Source of the DNA: Candidatus Jordarchaeia archaeon
GTDB lineage: Archaea > Asgardarchaeota > Jordiarchaeia > Jordiarchaeales > Jordiarchaeaceae
NCBI GenBank assembly: GCA_029856435.1
Contig: JAHQXB010000109.1
Location: 1-21,952 of the forward strand
Reading direction: 5' to 3'
DNA: 21,952 nucleotides
Shown here: positions 16,747-21,952 of the stretch, piece by piece
How the letters are laid out: every line of letters begins with the position of its first letter
Position numbering within the stretch: the stretch's first letter is position 1
Position numbers and translations under genes: made by a program
The notes under the pieces: model-generated
The model's database searches: none
What the model was told of the DNA's origin: nothing
Seen by the model: only the letters and a program-made list of their open reading frames with translations

Positions 16747-17226
16747 GTTGGTTCAACTTCTATTACTACCTTTATTATTTCTGAAAGATTATCTGGAAAT
16801 ATGCCTTTTGGTAAATTTAGCTGTTTTTTATAGGAGCTATGTTGTGGTTTTCTGCGTTGAAACATTATCTTTTTTATTTCTCATTGCATTATTCTAAAAA
16901 ATGTCTGTTTTTGCGGGTTGGTGTTCGTTTTGCGGAATATTCGTGAATAAAAATTCTCTATGTTTTTACGTCTCATAGTTAATGTGAGAGAGCAAATTAA
17001 TGGTATACTATTTATGCCGTCTGTTGGAATATTATCTTTAATTTGGTTTTACACCTTCTTCGTATATAAAAAATGTAATATTAATATAATATTAAAAGTT
17101 ACCCAAAACTATATATATGTCTAAAGAACTTATTTGCTACGGCTTAAAAGAGCTAAAAAATTTGTTATGGACTCTGAGGTAATAACCTAAATCGATATTA
17201 TTTAACAAAAAGGGAGTACTGGAAAA

Positions 17227-18194
17227 ATGGAAATTCGAAAATTACAAAAAACGGGAGGTAGCACTTTTTTATAAGTCTCCCCAAGGAATGGATAAAACGA
17301 CTTGGACTAAAGAGAGGAGATTTAGTTGCTATAACAGAGCGTGGAGATGGCGCCCTTCTAATAGATCCTAAATATTCCGAAAGGGAACATTTGAGAGTTG
17401 CTGAAATCGAAATGGGCGAAGGTTTTACTCGCGATATTACTGCAAAATATCTTTATGGATATGATATTATTCGTTTAAAATCGAAGGGTCCTAGGATAAA
17501 TCCTTACCAACGAGAAGAAGTTAAAAAATCTTTGCAACAACTAATTGGTGTGGAAATAGTTGAAGAGGATGCTCGGGAGATTACTCTACAGTGCTTGCTG
17601 TCTCCATCTGCGGTTCCATTGAGGCGAACGATGAAAAGAACCTATTTGATTGCTGCAAAAATGCAAGAAGAGGTTATTACCGCACTTAAGGAGCTTGATG
17701 ATAGACTAGCTAAAAATGTTATTAACCGTGACGAAGAGGTTAATAGGCTTTATTTCTTAATAGTTCGGCAACTGAGGGCAGCAATACAGGATCCTCGATT
17801 AGCTGAAAAAATGGGAGTAACTGCAATAGAATGCCTAGACTATCGCGCGGTGGTAAAGAGCATTGAAACTTTAGCAGATCATGCTGTAAAAATAGCAAAA
17901 CAGATTCCGCTGCTCCAAAAAACGCCTATACCTCAGACTGTACTTCAAAAAATTTTAGAATTAAGCAAAATAACACAAGAGATTCACTCAAATGCCATCG
18001 AGGCGTTATTAAGAAAAGATGTAAACTTGGCGGCTAAGACCATAGACAAAAAACCTGAACTAGAAAAGGCTTTAACTGAGGCTTATGAAGAAATATTAAA
18101 TCAAGCAGCAGTTTTAGCAACCCCTCTAAATACTATAGTAGACATGCTGGGAAGAATAGCTGAGTGTGGAATCGACATTGCTGATTTGACCTAG
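17227..18194 (+). CDS. AbrB/MazE-PhoU phosphate uptake regulator, interrupted by a -1 frameshift at a T6 run
   Basis: ATG 17227 MEIRKLQKTGGSTF then TTA TAA. The -1 frame continues ISLPKEWIKRLGLKRGD...DGALLIDP (AbrB domain) into the 17391..18194 ORF with PhoU repeats (RDEEVNRLYFLIVRQL, IETLADHAVKIA). Could be an assembly indel, a pseudogene or recoding. Confidence 0.8.
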
Positions 18195-18325
18195 GTACTA
18201 TTTATTTCTATCCTTTTGAATGGGCAGTTTCATTTTAACCTTAAAGTTATTCGAACACAAGTTACAGTGAAAAATGTTTTAATACTCAATCAAAAAGAGT
18301 TTAGCTTTAACAGAGGAGAGGTCAA

Positions 18326-19216
18326 TTGCGTATTGATTTTTTAAAAACCTTTTTGGAAGTCGTTTCTGCCGGTAGTTTCCTTGAGGCGGCAAGAAAACTA
18401 AAGGTGACACAAGCAACAGTAAGTAATCACATTGCTTCACTTGAAGAATATTTTGGAGTAAAACTCTTCGTGAGATCTAGAGATGGGGTTACTCTTACTA
18501 ATGAAGGCAAAATTCTAAATAAAAGAGCTCGACAAATTTTTGATTTAATAGACGCCACAAAAAGGGAAATCACCAATTCTACAAAAAGATTAAAGGGTAC
18601 AATAAAGATTGCCGCTAGTACCATTCCTGGTGAACATATCTTACCTGTCCTTGTGGGGAGCTTCAAAAAAGCATACCCCGAAGTGGACATTGAAGTTGAA
18701 ATTGGAGACACGGGTGTGAGCCTTAAAAAATTAGTTGAGGGTCGAGTTGATTTCGCTGCAACTGGTAGTTTGTTTAATAATCAAAATTTTTTTGAAACCA
18801 AGGTAATCGCTAAAGAACGTTTGGTAGTCATAACCCCAGTTAACCATGAATTATCTGGTAAAAAGAGCCTCGAACTTTCAGAGGTTTTGAATTATCCCTT
18901 TGTGTCCAGAGAACCTTCTTCTGGCACAAGAAATGAAATAAATAAAATATTCACCGAGCAGCACATTGATCCTAATAAATTAAATATTGTGCTGGAATTA
19001 GGTAGCACAGGATCTGTAATTACCGCCGTTTCTGAAGGCATAGGAATTAGCATAATTTCTTCGATAGCTGCTGAGAAGGCCAGAGCAGCAGGGCTGTTGA
19101 ATATAGTTGAAATAAAAAACGCCAGAAATTGGCGCGAATTATACCTTGTTAGGCTAAAGAAACCGGAGTACCCGGAGATACTGGAAAAATTTTGGAGCGC
19201 CGTAAAAACGATATGA
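18326..19216 (+). CDS. LysR-family transcriptional regulator (CysL-like substrate-binding domain)
   Basis: FLEVVSAGSFLEAARKLKVTQATVSNHIASLEEYFGVKLFVR HTH; AASTIPGEHILP, REPSSGTR, ELGSTGSVITAV. Confidence 0.93.
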   Translation: MRIDFLKTFLEVVSAGSFLEAARKLKVTQATVSNHIASLEEYFGVKLFVRSRDGVTLTNEGKILNKRARQIFDLIDATKREITNSTKRLKGTIKIAASTIPGEHILPVLVGSFKKAYPEVDIEVEIGDTGVSLKKLVEGRVDFAATGSLFNNQNFFETKVIAKERLVVITPVNHELSGKKSLELSEVLNYPFVSREPSSGTRNEINKIFTEQHIDPNKLNIVLELGSTGSVITAVSEGIGISIISSIAAEKARAAGLLNIVEIKNARNWRELYLVRLKKPEYPEILEKFWSAVKTI

Positions 19217-19217
19217 C

Positions 19218-19451
19218 TCATTTTTGACTTTTTTTAATGTATATCTTGAAGGTACCATTATCCTCTATTATTTCTAAAACCTTGTGTCCCGCTCTACTTG
19301 CAGCTCTTTCTATATTGTTCTTGGATGATGGAAAATCAGTGATAATCTCTAGTACTTCTCCTTCATTCATCTCCTTGAGTTTATCTCTCATTAAAATTAC
19401 TGGAATGGGACATGCTTTTTGCTTTACATCTAGATGGTGATTTGCCTTCAT
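19218..19451 (-). CDS. tusA: TusA/SirA-family sulfurtransferase
   Basis: LDVKQKACPIPV (CPxP motif), GEVLEIITD..SS..NI. Confidence 0.88.
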   Translation of the reverse strand: MKANHHLDVKQKACPIPVILMRDKLKEMNEGEVLEIITDFPSSKNNIERAASRAGHKVLEIIEDNGTFKIYIKKSQK

Positions 19452-19463
19452 TTCGAATCCCTT

Positions 19464-19856
19464 TTAGATCCATATTGTTTGGTCGCTTTCTTTTATCCAG
19501 TCGGTTAGTCCTTCCATTGTTGTTACTTCTGCTCCCTCTATTAGGTCCTCTGGCTTTATTCCCCTCCCTTTGATGCATATTCCGCAGACGCGTACTTTTG
19601 CACCTTCGTTTATGGCCTTCTTTAACCACTCTAATGCGTTTGCATATTCTTTGGGTTCTTGTCCTTTATGTGCTACAAGTACTCCGTCTTCAACTAAAAA
19701 TAAATTAACTTCAATTCCTTCAATTAGAGAGGTGAGCGCTAATCTTAAGGCAGTATATGATCTTTCATGGGTATAGGGTCCGCTGGATATTACAATGGTG
19801 ACTTTTTTCAAATTTTTCAACCCCAAAAACTTGGATTGGAAAAGCTGGGTTAACAT
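19464..19856 (-). CDS. DsrE/DsrF-family sulfur relay protein
   Basis: VTIVISSGPY..ERSYTALRLA, VNLFLVEDGV, VRVCGIC..GRG; a shorter start (TTG 19811, MKKVTIV) is plausible. Confidence 0.88.
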   Translation of the reverse strand: MLTQLFQSKFLGLKNLKKVTIVISSGPYTHERSYTALRLALTSLIEGIEVNLFLVEDGVLVAHKGQEPKEYANALEWLKKAINEGAKVRVCGICIKGRGIKPEDLIEGAEVTTMEGLTDWIKESDQTIWI

Positions 19857-19960
19857 TTAGCCCTTAAACTTATAAATATTACGAAATCTATTACCTTGTA
19901 TTAGTTTTTCTAATAATTATAAGGGCTTACTAGTTTAGATCAAAATTAGAAAATATTTAA

Positions 19961-20146
19961 TGGTGCGGGGAGCGAGATACTCGAGAGGCATCGTGGTAAT
20001 GTCTCTATTCGAACTCGCGCAGGCTTTCGCGGCTTCCGGAAGTGGGAGCCTCTACGCCAGCAGGTCCTGAGCGTTAGCCAGGGATTTAATTCCTGTCTGC
20101 CTCCTCTGGCCACCTGTCAGGCTTTGACCAGCTCGGACATCCCCGC
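19961..20146 (-). tRNA. tRNA-Leu(CAG) with four predicted introns
   Basis: Minus strand GCGGGGA...TCCCCGC-A-CCA. Removing 20106-20123 (21/22), 20073-20096 (30/31), 20025-20051 (variable arm) and 19978-20007 (59/60) gives an 87-nt tRNA: GCAGG-CTCAGGA-CCTGC, TGGCGTAGGCCT variable arm, GCGAG-TTCGAAT-CTCGC T-arm. Confidence 0.92.
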
Positions 20147-20170
20147 AGTTTTGATACCGGTGATGATGCT

Positions 20171-20178
20171 TTTATAAT
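20171..20178 (-). promoter_or_regulatory. Probable TATA box of tRNA-Leu
   Basis: ATTATAAA on the minus strand, 25-32 nt upstream of G1. Confidence 0.55.
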
Positions 20179-20226
20179 TGAATACTTTCTAATTTAGATT
20201 TAAGTTTTCCCTAATCATATTCTTTT

Positions 20227-21666
20227 TTATGTTGTGCTTTTCCTAACCATATTTTCCCTTTTTAATTTGTCGAAAATTTCTTGGGCTTTTTGTTCTGCCT
20301 TGATCTTCAGGGATTCTGATATTATCCTGTTTTTATAAGCTTCGTTAAGTTCTTCTTTGTCTATTATTTTTATTTCACCATTAGGCCACTTTACTACGTC
20401 TACGGCTAGGTCTACGTATCTTAGTCTATTTGGTGGATAGAACTCTATTGGTGTATTTATGTTATAGTATGCGCCTTTAAATTCTCTACCTTTGGAATAA
20501 TATTCTGTTTTTAGATTCCAAGTTCCTAGTGTAATTTCTGTTATTCCATAGTCACCAGTTCGTTTAGGCACGTTTAATCCGTCAAAATATCCGCCGCCTT
20601 GGAAGTGCCTTCTTAAAATTAATTGTTTTTTGTAGAGATCAATGTTGGTTAGGATTCCAGAAAGTGTGAATTGATAACCATTAATTTTTGTATGCTCTAT
20701 TAGTATTTGGTCGCCATTTTTGGGAAAGTCTCTGATGTATATTTTGTTGAAAGTTTCTAAAACCTCTTCTTCCATTTCAGGGTGTTTTGTTAAAATTTCT
20801 TCTGTAAAATCGACTAATAAAGCGTATTCTCGTCCTATTGATTTATAGTAGTGATGTTGGTTAATAGTTTTTACAACTTCTTTTCTTATATTGTCTAGCC
20901 TTCTTTTATCTTCACTGGTAAATTCAATAAATATGTTTTCTGTACCTTCTAATAGGAGCGCCGGGCTTTTGGCTTCTTCTTTTCTTTTCATTAAAGTTTT
21001 TGCCTTTTTGCTCAATTCGGATACTTCTTGAATTATAGTACTAGGATTTTGATTTGCTGCTTCGGTTCTAAAAATTATACCCCATTTATCTGGCTTTATT
21101 TTTTCTCCTAACGAATACAGCGCCTCTATATTTTCTTGATGTCTGATTTTTTTACTAATTTTAACGCCCTCTTGTTCTATTAGTATAACGTACTTTCCGA
21201 CAATCGAAATATTTGTGGTTGCTATGGGGTGTTGTGTTCCTGTTTTTACAATTTCAATAACATATTCTTCCCCTTCTTTTACTGGCTCATTTAAGAGAAT
21301 GGCGAAACAATCACCGATATCGACAAATGCTTTACCGTCATCGATTTTTACTACTTTGCCCTTATACAAAGAGTTTAGTTTGATTGGTGGCTTTCTAAAT
21401 ATTGCGTCTTCGAGTTCTGTTCTTAAAATTTCTTCGATTTTTTGTGCTTTACTTACTTCTCCACTGATTATTATTCCTTGTCTATTTTCAAAATCAACTA
21501 TTTCAATATCTGGTTGCTCAAAGTTTTTTTCTAAATTAAATCTCTCAATCTGTATGGGCGCTGCTTGAGTAATTTTAAATCCGTTGTCTAACATTATCTT
21601 TGTTAGTGCTGTTGAGTATATTCCTCGAATTTTAATTGAAGTTGATTGATTCAATTGCAAAACCAA
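20227..21666 (-). CDS. fau-1: FAU-1 (AU-binding, RNase E/G-like + DUF402) ribonuclease
   Basis: N-terminal IKIRGIYSTALT, S1-like region, RNase E/G-like IIFRTEA, C-terminal DUF402 (YYNINTPIE...YVDLAVDVVKWPNG..KIIDKEEL). Confidence 0.88.
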   Translation of the reverse strand: MVLQLNQSTSIKIRGIYSTALTKIMLDNGFKITQAAPIQIERFNLEKNFEQPDIEIVDFENRQGIIISGEVSKAQKIEEILRTELEDAIFRKPPIKLNSLYKGKVVKIDDGKAFVDIGDCFAILLNEPVKEGEEYVIEIVKTGTQHPIATTNISIVGKYVILIEQEGVKISKKIRHQENIEALYSLGEKIKPDKWGIIFRTEAANQNPSTIIQEVSELSKKAKTLMKRKEEAKSPALLLEGTENIFIEFTSEDKRRLDNIRKEVVKTINQHHYYKSIGREYALLVDFTEEILTKHPEMEEEVLETFNKIYIRDFPKNGDQILIEHTKINGYQFTLSGILTNIDLYKKQLILRRHFQGGGYFDGLNVPKRTGDYGITEITLGTWNLKTEYYSKGREFKGAYYNINTPIEFYPPNRLRYVDLAVDVVKWPNGEIKIIDKEELNEAYKNRIISESLKIKAEQKAQEIFDKLKRENMVRKSTT

Positions 21667-21952
21667 AAAATAATCGTTATCAAATATTTATAGTTTTTTT
21701 GGTATCCGGAAGGAACCTCGTCTTAAGTATGTAGCTTCTCTTCTATGCGCAATCGTTTGATCCTCTCAAAAAAAGGAGACTTTACATGGCTTCTTTCCAA
21801 ATAAGCCCAAAAAAAGGGAAGTAAGACCAGCTAACCCTGCACACATACCATGTCAACAAACCACATACTTACAACAAGGTCTCTATTCAGAACTTGTTAA
21901 AAAATTGTTGTTTCAGGTGTTCTGATTGGCTTTTCCAACGGGTGTAAACGGG

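Noticed and set aside
19218-19856. Selenocysteine (TGA) recoding in tusA/dsrE
   Set aside because: The catalytic positions are normal Cys codons, and the tusA TGA falls at the expected domain end.
4025-21568. Many antisense or alternate-frame ORFs within hypF, HTH-CBS, cdc6, DP1, LysR, tusA/dsrE and FAU-1
   Set aside because: They are shadows of well-supported genes on the other strand or frame.

Overview
AT-rich archaeal chromosomal segment. The gene set (cdc6/orc1 convergent with PolD small subunit DP1, FAU-1, BHB-intron tRNAs, many TTG/GTG starts) suggests a PolD-containing TACK/Asgard-type lineage; this assignment is inference. The window contains the replication origin: three ORB elements at 11807-12783, an AT-rich DUE candidate and a visible A/C-to-G/T strand-bias switch. 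The most striking unexplained structure is a set of eight intergenic arrays of a 6-bp palindrome (GATATC/GACATC) at a 13(-14)-bp period. Seven of them fall in consecutive intergenic gaps from 6.96 to 15.1 kb, including one inside oriC. They bracket a two-gene cassette (ExeA/initiator-clade AAA+ ATPase plus a ribbon-helix-helix protein with a long charged N-tail), which looks like an undescribed centromere/adaptor/ATPase partition or origin-control system. Also present: two tRNA genes (Ser-CGA, Leu-CAG) that each appear to carry four BHB-type introns, a 107-bp MITE-like element, an AbrB-PhoU gene split at a U_UUU_UUA slippery site, a DP1 with GNHD changed to GGHD, a LysR/TusA/DsrE sulfur-relay cluster, hypF, and cupin and transposase pseudogenes. 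All motif coordinates were read by eye; no database searches were run.
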